IMG/VR virus record: IMGVR_UViG_3300028797_000104
Location: 1 to 64,000 of that record
Source of the DNA: a virus
Taxonomy: Duplodnaviria > Caudoviricetes
DNA length: 64,000 nucleotides
Strand: one strand, 5' to 3'
Shown: in pieces, positions 10,131-22,625 of the stretch
How positions within the stretch are numbered: position 1 is the stretch's first letter
How the letters are laid out: the number at the start of each line of letters is the position of its first letter
The notes under the pieces: model-generated
Database searches by the model: none
What the model saw: the letters and a program-made list of their open reading frames with translations, nothing else
What the model was told of the DNA's origin: nothing
Program-made: the position numbers and the translations under genes

Positions 10131-11175
10131 AGATGTACATATTTATATTGATGATGATACTGGATTCAGATATATTTTTGATGGAACTAATCTTGTAAGG
10201 CTTCCTGACGATTCCGGAAGTGGTAATGGATCTGACGATTCCAAGCAAAACCAGAATAATAATAAATCTGATGAAAATGATTCTTTAAATGATGCGAAAG
10301 AATAGCATGATAAGGAAAAAGAACAATCAGATAAAAACGAAAGAAAACCGTAGATTGGCGACTCCGATGATTTAAGTGATGAAGATGCGGAACGGGAAAA
10401 ACAAGCAGAACAAGAACGAGAAGAAGACGGCGAAGAGGAAGAAACTCCGGAAGAACGTAAAGCAAGACTTGATAGAATAAAAAGATATTTATCCAATGAT
10501 GAAATTGGAGATCAAATTAATTATGAAAGCGAGAAAAAAGTTTCCGCAGAGAAACAAAGAAAGAAAGCTGCATAGAAAAAAGAAATTGAAAGAAATCTAA
10601 AAGGAGCAGAAAGAAATGCTCACGTTATTTCTTTACTTGGAAAAGATCTGAAATAGTTCTTGGGTAAACTTCTTGGTAAATCTGAACGTAATGCAACTTG
10701 GAGAAAGTATAATGCAAATTATGCTAATGTAGGTTTAATTCGTCCAGGATATAGATATGATCCAGTTGGTAAAATTCCTGTTATTCAAATATATCTGGAT
10801 CAATCAGGATCTTGGGGTGAAGATGATATTAAATTAGCAAATGATATACTTAAATCAATTCAAGAATTTGAGGATAAGAATTTATTAAAAGTTCAGGTAT
10901 ATTATTTTGCAAATCATATTTATGATAATGCAGCGGCGGCAAGAGACGAAGGTGGAACGGCTGCTGGGACTGAATTAATGCAATAGTTAAATGAACAAAA
11001 ACCTGAAAATGTTATAGTAATAACGGATGGCGATTTTGATCATTTTGGTTTGAATGGTTCCTATACTGCACCTGGTGGAGTTTGGATGGTTTTCCGAGCA
11101 GCAAGATCAGAGTAGCTTATAAAAGCACTTAAAGGTAGACTTCAAACAAAAATTTATGATATAGATAGAATATAA
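10120..11175 (+). CDS. vWA-domain protein (DUF2201 C-terminal type)
   Basis: MIDAS motif IYLDQSGSW, plus GGT and VIVITDGD; acidic coiled-coil N-terminal half. Confidence 0.85.
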
Positions 11176-11200
11176 ATCTATATTAAGTAGAGGTTTATAA

Positions 11201-11707
11201 ATGGATATAAGACAATTAGTAAAAAAATATGAATAGTATTTAAAAAATGATGATTACGATGGATTATTTGCAGCATGTAAAGATTCTAATGAAAGAAAAG
11301 ATTTAATTGAATTTTTATATAATAAATGTGGTATAGATGTATTACCTCATATGACTTCTATTCCAGCTAAAATGTTTTAGAATGTTGAAGGTATTTAGTC
11401 AATTAGAATTCCTGATAACATAACCGATATTGGAGATAGGGCTTTTATTGGATCTTTGATTTCTAAAGTGGTTCTTCCAAATACCATAAAGAAATTACCT
11501 ACTGGATTATTTGAAAATTGTTTTAATTTACATAAAATATTTATTCCAGATTCAGTTACGGAATTTTCTTAGAATGTATTTAAAGGAACACCGGATGATA
11601 TATTAATTGGTGCTAATTTCAGATCAGATAATGCTTCAAAATTAAGATTCCCTCAATCAGAACTTGATTTTTATAGGCAGCATTTAAGATTTAGGAGGAA
11701 TCCATAA
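11201..11707 (+). CDS. BspA-type leucine-rich repeat protein
   Basis: Repeats SIRIPDNITDIGDRAF, KVVLPNTIKKLPTGLFENC and KIFIPDSVTEFSQNVF. Confidence 0.85.
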
Positions 11708-12771
11708 TGAAAATAGAAAAGATTTTAAATGAAGCATTTAGTCCTTCTATGCCAACTTGGTTAAAGAATTTTTTTCTTTATAATACTGAAAGGAGAAATC
11801 CTGGAAGTAAATTTAGATCTACAAGAATGTATCCATAGCCAAAAGGAGCAAAAGCAGAATATTCTGCTCTTAGAGGTTCAAGAAATAGAAATATTGGTAG
11901 AGATGATGATGATTTACATTCTATTTATATTTTAAATAAATTAGGAATAAATTTTGAAAAAGCAAAATTTAATGAAATTAATCCTCCACCAAAACTGAAC
12001 AGTCCAATATTCTAGGATAAAGATAAATTATGTATTTCTTGGTTAAACTCATCTTTGGATTAGATGTTATGGATATCGGGATCTAGATCTTCAGCGCCGC
12101 ATGAAAAATTTACAATGGATAATGGTAAAGACGTTGCTATGTGGCAATTAAATAATAAATAGTTTCAAACTTATTGTAAAGGTTTTTGTTGGTTAGATAT
12201 GACTGATCCTGATAATTTTAGAGAGTAGGATTAGTAGAAACGTGCATTAATACGTGCTGGGTCCGTAGAACGTGATCCTAAAATGGGTAAGCACGCAGAG
12301 AAAATAGCAAAACAAGGTTGGGGATCTACTAATTTTGATAAATCTGGTTATTATAAAATTCCTGCGGTAAAAAGATATGCAGATGAATTAGCTAAAAGAA
12401 AATAGGCTGGATTAGCTAACGCATTAATTGAAACACGAGAAGCATTAGTAAAGCTAAGAGATGATTTAAAAAGCGTTATGGATGTAGTATTTGAAACTCC
12501 AACTTATAGTATTAGACGTGGTATTAAAGATGCTACTCAATCTTTTACTAATGCAGTTGAGTAGTTTGAATCAGCAACCCAATTTGCTGACCAATTATCT
12601 ACGACGAGTAATTTAAGTTCAACAACACAATATCTTAAAAATTCTTTGGATTATACAAACAGATATATTCAAGATGCGTATTAGGTAATTGGTCAATTTG
12701 TTCCAACTACAATTGATTATGACATTAATGATACTACTATATATGATGATAGTGATTGGACAGGGTTCTAA
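11707..12771 (+). CDS. Hypothetical protein, possibly head-packaged
   Basis: Open with TAG=Q; SD AGGAGG; N-terminus MKIEKILNEA. Confidence 0.7.
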
Positions 12772-12901
12772 AAATTATTTTTTCTTTTAATTTATATTAA
12801 AGGAAGATTTTAAAAAATAAAAAGTAAAATATGATAATATAATGATGCTAAATTTATATGGAATAATTTAAAATCCATTAAATAAAAGGAGAAATAAATA
12901 C

Positions 12902-13084
12902 ATGTTTATTTATGAAGGCAAAAAAAGAAACGAAGCAGATACTGCTGATGTTGAAGTATTAAACATTGTTTTTCAAGCAACTCAAATTCCAGCTGCAACA
13001 CCCGATGTTCAAGTTTGGAAAGATGATACAACTATTTACGCAAAAATTGGAGATAATGTAATTTCTGGTAGCGTAAGTGAATAA
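12902..13084 (+). CDS. Small putative capsid decoration protein
   Basis: SD AAGGAG; paralogous to the N-terminus of the next gene. Confidence 0.6.
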   Translation: MFIYEGKKRNEADTADVEVLNIVFQATQIPAATPDVQVWKDDTTIYAKIGDNVISGSVSE

Positions 13085-13098
13085 GGGGGCTATTCTAG

Positions 13099-13485
13099 AT
13101 GTTAATGTATGAAAAGAATGGAAAACTTATTCTTGATTTTCAAAAGAGCTCAATTCCTGCAGAAGTAAGTGATGTTCAGCTTTATAAAGAAGATGATACC
13201 GTTCATGTATTAGTAGGTAATAATGATTTAGGTGATAGCACTAAAGTATTAACTTCTATTTCAGTAAAGGGATTTAAGACTACTTATTCCGTAGGAGACA
13301 AGATTGATTTAACTGGAACAACTGTAACAGCAAAATATGATGATGGTAGTTCTGAAGCAGTAACAACTTATACAACCGATCCTGATTCTGATACTTCATT
13401 AACCGCTGAAGACACCAGTGTGGTTTTCTCTTATACAGCAGGAGAAGTAACAAAGACTGTAACTAAGACAATTACAGTTTCTTAA
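13099..13485 (+). CDS. Ig-like domain virion decoration protein
   Basis: LTSISV..KTTYSVGDKIDLTGTTVTAKYDDGS is a typical bacterial Ig-like repeat. Confidence 0.8.
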   Translation: MLMYEKNGKLILDFQKSSIPAEVSDVQLYKEDDTVHVLVGNNDLGDSTKVLTSISVKGFKTTYSVGDKIDLTGTTVTAKYDDGSSEAVTTYTTDPDSDTSLTAEDTSVVFSYTAGEVTKTVTKTITVS

Positions 13486-13512
13486 TTTATTTTAGAAAGG
13501 TAAGTGATAATT

Positions 13513-14250
13513 TTGACTCTTGAAGAATATAGAGAAGAAATAAAATTAAAACTTACTGGATATATATTAGAAATAGAATTAGATGATGAAACGATAGATA
13601 AAATCATCGCGTCTGCATTGAGAGAAATGCAGAGATACTTATCTTCAACGAGTTTATTAACACTACCATTTAGTAAATGCATTGATTTATCAAATGTAAC
13701 TGATCCATCAGATAATCCTGTAAAGATTAGTTCAATATCAAGAGTATATAGAGCTCATGGCTTTGTATCAGATGAGGGTAGTAGTAATCCATCAGCTGCT
13801 ATGGACCCAATGTATGTTTCTCAGTGGTAGTTATTATCAGGAACAGGAAATTTATATAATTATTAGAATTATGTATATGATTATGCAGCTTGGAATACTT
13901 TATTATAGACAAGAAATACCACATCAACCGATTTAGCATTTCGTTATGATAAGGCTTCAAATAAATTGTATATAAATGTTGCAAGTAATTATCCATTAAA
14001 GATTACAATTGAATATGTTCCAAGATATGATAGCGTTGAAGAAGTAGTTTCGGATTATTGGATAGATATTTTAATGAAATTATCATTAGCTATTGCAAAG
14101 ATAACATTAGGTAGAATAAGAAGTAGATATGTATAGTCTAATGCATTATGGCAAAATGATGTGAATATTTTACAAGAAGGATTAGATGAATATTCGCAAT
14201 TATAGCAATATCTGCAAGCTAATCTGTAGTTAGTTTATCCAATAGATTGA
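13513..14250 (+). CDS. Neck protein (T4 gp13-like)
   Basis: N-terminal EEIKLKLTGYILEIELDDETIDKIIASAL and C-terminal WIDILMKLSLAIAKITLGRIRSRY match the gp13 pattern. Confidence 0.75.
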
Positions 14251-14279
14251 TATATGCTAGAAGGTAAGGAGATTATTAA

Positions 14280-15821
14280 ATGAGTTTATCCTACTTAACA
14301 GAGGCATTCAAGAGCCTTGAAATTCTTGAAGAAGAAGATTTTAACCTTGCAGATAAGAAAGATATTGAAAAACTGCAAGATTTTGAAAATGATCAGCCTG
14401 AAGATACCATTGAAATCATGAGTATGGATTTTGATGATATAGAAGAAGCTGAAGTAGAAGAAGAGGAATCTCATATCGGTGATGTAATTCTTGATTGTCC
14501 AGTATGTCATTCCAAGTTATATAAACATTCTGATGAAGTAATTATTGATGAAGAAGAACAACTTGCTAATGTTGGTGAGGAGTGTCCTTATTGCTATACT
14601 TCTGATGGATTTAAAATTGTTGGTCAAGTAGCTCCATATCAACCAGAAGATGAAGTAACTGTTGACGTAGAGGATAAGATTGAAGATTCTGATGATGAAG
14701 TTGAAGAAGAGGAAAAAGTCGAAGTTGAAGAATCTTTAAATGAATCAAAAGAAGTAGATCTCACAGAATATCAAAAATGGGTAGATTATGATATGAAGAA
14801 ATATCATAAAATATCTGCAAATACAATGAATAAGATTAAGAGTGCTGGTTTATCAGTAGTCAAAGATCAGTATGGTGATTATGAAGTAATTGCTGATAGA
14901 GCTGATAGTGATGTAAATGAATCATTCAATAATAAATTAACTGAAAAACAATGGAATTATACTTTAAAGAGCGGAGCTCTTTTAAGAGATGCTATTGATG
15001 AAGGTGATTTACAACAAGTTCAATATGCATTAGTTGATTGTTATGATGAATTACATGCTAACGATTTAATTGATGATGACGATTATGAAAGTTACATCGA
15101 AGATGTAAGAATGCTTGATGCAGCTGATGAAGATGCAGAAGATGAATTTGATTATCAATTAAATGAATTTTATGATCTTTGTGATAATTTAAATGTTTGG
15201 GTAGCTTTAAGTGAATCCTTTAGCTCTAAGAGAAAAAGAGTAACTGAAGATTTTGATAAAGTTGAAGTCGAGACAGAAGATCAAAAAATCACAGTAAAGA
15301 GCGAACCAAAAGAAGCAGAATCGGATGATTAGATGATTGCTCCTATAGAACCTGAAGTCAAGGCCGATATTGAAGATAATACATTAGACTCTGAGGAAGA
15401 AACTGAAGCAGGTTCTGAAGAAGAAGTTGAGTTTGATGTGGATGATTTCGATGAAGAGTCATTCGATGAAATCGGTGAATCCTACTTAAGAAAAGTTTAT
15501 GAAAATGTAACTTCCTATAAGACCAAGAAAGTTTCAAGTTCCGGTAATAAATTAGTAGTTGAAGGTTTAATTACATTTAAATCGAAGAAAACTAAGCCAA
15601 CTAGTTTTATATTTGAAGCAAAAGATGCTACTAAGAAAGGCGCTTTAAGATTTATTGGAGAGAATCTTCAGATATCTAGAGGTCATAAATCTTTTATTCT
15701 TAAAGGTAATTTAAATGAAGGTAAATTTCTTTCCGAATCCTTAAATTATAATTATAGAACAAAAGATTCTAATGGTAAAACTGCTAGAATATATGGAACA
15801 TCAAAAGTTTCAAAGAAATGA
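14280..15821 (+). CDS. Large acidic protein with a zinc ribbon (putative head core protein)
   Basis: Two track ORFs joined at TAG 15330-15332; CPVC...CPYC; several LxE motifs. Confidence 0.7.
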
Positions 15822-15828
15822 GGATTAT

Positions 15829-16188
15829 ATGAGTTTATAGATTATAAATGAAGGCTTTAAAAAGCGTTATATGAATGAAGCAACGACTGAATTATCAACA
15901 GTAGATGATAGCGTATCTAGCGCCATTGCAAATTGGTGGTCAGATTATGATTTTTTTGAAAAGCCTGTAAAATAGATATATTCCGATTTAGTAGCAATTA
16001 TACCAGAAAACAGAAAAAACGAACCAAAGGTTAAAAGATTATTAACTAATATTCAAAGATGTAGAGATTATACATCTGCTGCAAGTGCCATTCAAGAATT
16101 TGTTCTTAAAGGAGAAAATTTAGGACAGCTTCGTGGATTTAAAGAAGTAGATAGAAAGTTCATGAAGAATTTTGGGCACAAAAGATAA
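15829..16188 (+). CDS. Hypothetical protein
   Basis: SD GAGG; open with TAG=Q; starts MSLQIINEGF. Confidence 0.65.
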
Positions 16189-16209
16189 TTTATATAGGTG
16201 GTGAGAACA

Positions 16210-16785
16210 TTGCCTGATAATGAAGAGAATCAGGTTGAAGTGACTGAACCATCAGTTCCTGATTTAGATAAAGAAAATAAAAAATATGGATTTTTAATTT
16301 AGCCATCTGTAAAATTACATAGACAATGGTTTATTGAAATGACTCATCTAATTGGAATATATGTTCATTATAGATATCCTAAAAAAGGAAAAAGATGGAC
16401 AACATATGCTGAATTAAATTCAAATTATGAAGAACCGATAAAAATTGGATGTATATTTGAATAGCATCCATCATAGTAGACATTGAAAAAGATTGGATGG
16501 ATGTCTGAATTACAAGAAGGATCTTCCATAATTCATATTCCATATGATTTACCAAATATTTAGCAAGGATGCATATTTGAAGTTCCAAGTGGATTAGATG
16601 ATGGTAATTGGAGAGTATTTAGAGTGGTTAGATTAACGACAGGCATTGTTTATCCAGCATCAATAACTTGCGAAATTGTTCCTGAATATCAAGATAAATA
16701 TATTCCTGATGTAAGTAATCACGAAAATAATAGTAATATGAATGTTTTAAATAGTGAAGAGTATTTTCATACATGGACTTAGTAA
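16210..16785 (+). CDS. Putative head-closure/neck protein (gp14-like by position)
   Basis: TTG start with GGTGGTGA SD; open with TAG=Q. The function is inferred from synteny only. Confidence 0.5.
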
Positions 16786-17168
16786 TTTATAAATAGAAAA
16801 CATTTTTAGCAGTAGATTTTATTGATTATTTATGTAGATTAATTCAATAGTTATTATTAAGTTCTCATATTGATTTTAGATTATTTAATTAGTATTTTAT
16901 TGATAATTTTCAAACAGAAATAACTGCATAGAATATTTTAATAAATGCTGGGTAGAATTTACAAGTTTTAGATTTTACAGAAATAATTATTATTCAAATT
17001 AATGAAAACGTATTATTTAGAAATTCATAGATTAGATTAATTGATTTATGCAAACTATTGAATTATGGAACTTTAGATATTTAGGGAACTAATATTTTTT
17101 CTGATACATTTGATTATATTGCAAATAATATAAATCAAATCTATTTAAATTATATATTGGAGATGTAA
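16773..17168 (+). CDS. Hypothetical protein
   Basis: Open with TAG=Q; fills the gap between its neighbours. Confidence 0.55.
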
Positions 17169-17169
17169 T

Positions 17170-17829
17170 ATGGCATTATATTTTTATGATACTGCATTGT
17201 TAGAAAAATTAAGATTTTGGACAAAGAAAACAAATCTTCATGTATATGGTCCTGATGAAACAAGATAGTTATTTGAAACAATAGCAGATGAAACGGATGA
17301 TTCTCCTATATAGCTGCCAATATTATGTCTACGAAGAAGTGGTGGATATACTATATTAAATATAAATAAAAGACCGTTAACATATGATGGTGCTTTTATT
17401 GAACGGAATGATGATGTGAGTACATAGATAGATGCTATTCCTATTTTAATAAATTATCAATTAGATATTTATGCAAAGTTTTTATAGGAAGCAGATGCGT
17501 ACGCTAGAAATCTCGTATTTAATATAATTAATTATCCAACATTAAAAATTAATGTTCCATACGGAGAAAATTCATATTTTTCTCATTATGCAAATATTAG
17601 AATAGCATAGAATGTATAGGATAATTCGGCAATACCCGAAAGAATGGTACCGGGATTATTTACTAGATTATCATTAGCTATTGATATTGATGATGCATAT
17701 TTATGGGATATTAGAACAAGATCGAATTCTGTTATTATTGGAGATGTTGAATTGAATGTTCATAATCCATTAACGGAAGATGTTGTTGATGATTTTATAG
17801 TAGAAAAATGGCATTATACAAGAAAATAA
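17170..17829 (+). CDS. Putative tail terminator / sheath stabiliser (gp15-like)
   Basis: QLPILCLRR and IPILINYQLDIYAK motifs; directly upstream of the sheath gene. Confidence 0.6.
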
Positions 17830-17860
17830 AAATTTCATTAACTCAGTTAGGAGAGAGTAA

Positions 17861-19465
17861 ATGAGTAGAATAGAAATTAGAGAAAGAGATTTTACAACAC
17901 CAATAGCAATGTTTGATACTACAGATGTAGCATTCATTCCTGGGTTTGTAAATCCAAATACTTCTGCAGAGGCAGAACGTGGTGTTCCAATCTTATGTAA
18001 GAGTTTAGCAGAATTTTCAAAATATTTTGGATCGACTGCTCCTGTATTTGCTTCTAATCAACCATATCCTGATGCATTTAGTGTTACAGCTAGAACAGGT
18101 TTAACTGGTAATATGTTTAATGCAGGCGATGCAGATCCATCATATATCTATGCTAGGGAATTATTATCTCAAGGCTTACCAGTTGTTTATGAAAGGATGA
18201 ATGTATCTAGTCAAGATATTACTGTAGCTTGTGCATATGAATATTTTTCTGACTTAGTATTTACTCAAGCTAGACCTGATGTAATTGTATATCCTACAAT
18301 AGCAGCATGGGATAATACAAGTGCGTATTCAATTGGTACGATAGTAGCATATAATAATACATCTGATGTTCCAGGTGGAGGTTCTGGAATTAGTCCAACC
18401 GGATCAGGGTCAGATCCTACTTATTATAACACCGATACTGCAAGAGCATATGTTTGTATTGCTGATATTAGTGCACCAGCTTCCGGAGAGGAAAATGAAG
18501 GACCTGATGGAACTCAAGCAAGCGCACAATGGAGAGAATTAGATAGATATCAAGATACAAATAATCCATTAATGGATCTTGGTCTATCCGTTAAATTTAT
18601 TACCAGCGGTGGATATCCAACTATGGAATATGCATCAGATGGCATAACCGGTTTAATGTATGGTATTGCAGGTACTGATTCAGAAGGTAGAAATGGTAGA
18701 GGCGATTGTGTAGCATTAATTGATTATCTTGATAATCCAAATAGAAAGTTTGTTGGTACTGGATCAATTTATGAAGCTTCTCAAAGCATTACTTCTGAAT
18801 ATGCAGCAATATTTGCTCCTTGGGTTGAAGTTGGATTTACTAATGTTTATACGGGTACTTCAAATAATCATATGCCTCCTTCCTTCGCATATTTAACCGC
18901 ATTAGCAAATGCGTTAAAGTATTCTTCTAACACAAATGCAATTGCTGGTGTAAATAGAGGATTAATTCCGAATCTGAAATCTCTTTGCAGTAATTATGTA
19001 TTAACTAATACTATTGCAGAAGATGATTTCTAGCCTGATCAAAGTGGAGTATCAATTAATGGTATAACTAATATTAGAAATTATGGTTATAGAATTTGGG
19101 GTAATAGAACCACCAAGCCAGTTAGTGGAGGAACTACTGCTACTTGCTTCTTGAATATTAGAAATATGGTATCTGATATCAAGAAGACAGTTTATTCTGC
19201 AGCAATGGTTACTTTATTTGAGCCAAATGCTCAATTAACTTGGATTAATTTTACATCAAAAATTACTCCATTCCTTGATACTTTAGTCAGTAATTATGGT
19301 ATTACTAGATATCAAATTGATAGAGTAACTACTCAAGATAATGGTATGCCATATCCAAAGACTGTTATGGCTGCAACCATTACAATTTATCCAATCTATA
19401 GTATCGAAAAAATTAGAGTCACTATTGCAATTCGCGATGATGATACTGTAGATATTTCAGAATAA
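17861..19465 (+). CDS. Tail sheath protein
   Basis: AIFAPWVEV, MPPS, AIAGVNRG, GYRIWGNRT, LNIR and LFEPN motifs; one internal TAG. Confidence 0.92.
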
Positions 19466-19479
19466 GGAGGTAACTGATA

Positions 19480-20106
19480 ATGGCTTATAATACTAATCAA
19501 ATTAGAATTCAAGGGCAGGATCAGCCTAGTACCTTATTTGTCAATAATGCACAAACATAGAGCTCATATCATATGGCAGATAGTCCAAATCTTTATGAGC
19601 CTCAAAGATCAAATAACTTTGAATTTATTGTTTCGGGATTAAGTAATTTAGTTATGCCTGATGGTTCTGATAGAACTATTCCTGAACAAGCTGCTTCTGA
19701 TTCAATTAGACTAGCAGTATCAAGTGCTAATGTACCAAATTTCTCTTAGAGCGTTATTGAAATCCAGCGTGGTAATAACTCTGTAAAATATGCTGGCGTT
19801 CCTTCATTTGATGCAGGTTAGATAGTTTGTAATGATTATATTGGACTTGAAACCAAGTTAGTTCTAGAAGCATGGCAGAGTCTATCATATAATACTTAGA
19901 CTCAAAAGGTTGGTTTAGCTGGCGATTATAAGAAAGAATGTTCGTTAGTTGAATATACTCCTGATTATCAACCAGTTAGAAAGTGGACAATGAGAGGATG
20001 CTGGATTAGTGCTTTATCAGAAGATTCTTTCAATAATGAAAGTAATGACAAGCATACCGTTACTGTAACAATTCAGTACGATTACGCATATCCAACTAAG
20101 ATATAA
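19480..20106 (+). CDS. Tail tube protein (gp19-like)
   Basis: YEPQRSNNFEF, YKKECSLVEY..VRKWTMRGCW and VTIQYD; follows the sheath gene. Confidence 0.88.
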
Positions 20107-20134
20107 TTAATCTATTTTAGAGAGTTGGAATGGT

Positions 20135-20854
20135 ATGAAATTAATCGAAGATTTTGAAGTACATGATCAATTAAATCCAAAATTATTTTCAAATAATAAA
20201 CTATTACCTGAAGTTAGACAAAAAATTATTTAGATTGCTACAGAATTTGAAGATTATTCAGAAGTTCCAATGAATATAGTGGACATCTAGTTAGTTGGAT
20301 CAAATGTATCCTATAACTATACTGATTCATCTGATTTAGATGTCCACATAATTTCAAATTTTGATTTGATTGATGCTCCAAAACATTTATTATAGCAACT
20401 ATATAATATGAAAAAATCATCTTTTAATGACAAATATGGTATCACTATTAGAGGAATTGAAGTAGAATTATATGTTTAGGATGTAAGAGATTCAACAGTT
20501 TCAAATGGTATTTATTCAGTTTGTTCTGATGAATGGGTTAAAGAACCCAAACCAATTAATCATATAACAAAGCATAATATAGATAAAGAATTTGAAAAAT
20601 GGTAGAATAAAATCCATGAAGTTCTTCAAAGAAATAATTCGGATGAAATAATTGATGCGATAAATACTTTGTATCTTATTCGGAAAAATTCATTGTCCGT
20701 AGATGGAGAATATGGTAAAGGTAATCAATTATTTAAATAGATTAGGAGTACTGGATTATTATAGCAGCTAAAAGATGCTTTTGATAAATCTTTATCAAAA
20801 AAATTATCATTAGAAAGTCTAACTAGAGGTTAGTTGATAAATCTTGATTTCTAA
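20135..20854 (+). CDS. Pol-beta superfamily nucleotidyltransferase
   Basis: DIQLVGSNVSYNYTDSSDLDVH (GS...DxD) and EVELYVQD. Confidence 0.8.
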
Positions 20855-20871
20855 AAAGGAGGTAGATCTAA

Positions 20872-21696
20872 CTGAATATTTTAAATGAAGACAGTAGATC
20901 TGTACTGCTTTAGAAATCTAAAAAAGCAGATAATTATGTACCAAGTAATTAGAAACTTGGCAAAAATAGATATGAACGACGATTAGTTCAAAAAGTAGCA
21001 AAATCAGTTAAATAGTTTAATTAGATTGATATGAATAAACTATTTAAAGATAATATATTAGATGTTAATATTGAAGTTATCGGAGAAACAGATAATTATA
21101 TTGTAACGATATCTTTTGGAGAATTTTTAGATCATTTACATGAAGAACTAAAAAACGATGATATATTAGATTTGAGAAAAATTTCAAGAGCATTGACAAG
21201 ATCATTTAATAGTGATAATGTTTATGTTCATTGCACTTGTCCTGATTGGAAATATCGTTTTGCATATTGGATGACAGTTAATGATATCAATAGTGGAGAA
21301 CCAGAAAATAGATCATCAGATATTACTAACCCTGATAATACAAAAGGTTCTGGATGCAAGCATGTATTAAGAGTCTTATCTAATAATACATGGATAATTA
21401 AAGTAGCAAGCGTTATAAACAATTATATCCAATATATGGAAAAACATATGCAAAGATTATATGCAGACATTATTTATCCTGCCATATATCAAAAAGAATA
21501 TGAAGAGCCAGTTCAATTAGATATGGATGATACGGATGAATTAGCAAGCGATAAAGATACAATTGATATATCTAATAAATGGGCTTCTACTAAAAATCAA
21601 TTCCAAAAAGGTAATGAAATTGGAAAAGAAACTAGATTTAAACCTAAAGATTCAATGAAAAAGCAAGTTTCTTTTGATGACTTAATGTCTGATTAA
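20872..21696 (+). CDS. SWIM zinc-finger protein (CTG start)
   Basis: CTCPD...CKH motif; SD AGGAGGT precedes CTG at 20872, in frame with the track ORF. Confidence 0.75.
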
Positions 21697-21812
21697 TTTT
21701 TTAAGATAACAGAATCTCTATTTTTATTTTATGATGACTTATAATTTCTAATCTTGTATATAAATATAAACAAAGATTACTGAGATTCTTTTTGCTACAA
21801 CTATAGATTGAT

Positions 21813-21856
21813 ATAAGCATTTGAGAATCTTAATAATCTCAAATGCTTATTTTTTT
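21813..21856 (+). terminator. Terminator-like hairpin with an alternative pairing partner
   Basis: 14-bp stem ATAAGCATTTGAGA/TCTCAAATGCTTAT plus a T run. Confidence 0.65.
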
Positions 21857-21869
21857 AAGGAGATAAATA

Positions 21870-22625
21870 ATGAATAATATTACAATTGAAGAACAATTTA
21901 AATTACCAAGTAATGGACAAGTTTATAATAATTAGATTAATCCAATAATTCATTTAAGATCTATGACTACTGCAGAAGAAATGAAAAGATTATAGCCGAG
22001 TGATTCTCCGTATTGGACAATGTGTTCAATCATTGATGATTGTGGAGCAAAAGAATCTGGAATGTCAAGTTATGATATGTGTTTAGGAGATTATCAATAT
22101 CTTTTATATATGTTAAGAATAGTAACTCACGGTAGTTAGTATTAGATTGTAAATACTTGTCCTTATTGCAAATCAGAAAATAGAGAATCTGTACCATTAG
22201 ATTAGTTAGATGTTTTAAGTTATAATAGTGAATTAGATAAATATAAAGAATTTGATTTGCCAAGATCAGGAAGACATATTCAATTAAGGGTTCAGACTCC
22301 AAGAATGCTTGATTAGATTCAAGAACGAGTAGCAGATGTTAGAAGAAAATCAAAATCGCAAAAAGTAGATAATACATTACTTTATACTCTAACTTCATTA
22401 ATTGCTAAAATAGACGGATAGGTTCCAGATCCAATCGAATTAGAAAAATGGATAACAGAACTTCCAATGGCAGATACAAATACAATTCTTCAGTATTCCG
22501 ATAAATTTAATCAGTCAATAGGTATAGATACTGAAATCATTTGCACTTGTCCAGTTTGTTTATTAACCTATACCAGTAAATTAAAAACAACTGCAGAATT
22601 TTTTCGACCCACTCTGGACCTCTGA
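21870..22625 (+). CDS. Baseplate hub / tail assembly chaperone (gp26-like)
   Basis: KLPSNG..LRSMTTAEE, two CxxC pairs, ends EFFRP; upstream of the tape measure gene. Confidence 0.8.

Noticed and set aside
10143-10496. Ser-rich minus-strand ORFs, and the other minus-strand track ORFs such as 45891-46298
   Set aside because: They are antisense shadows of well-supported plus-strand genes, with no recognisable motifs.
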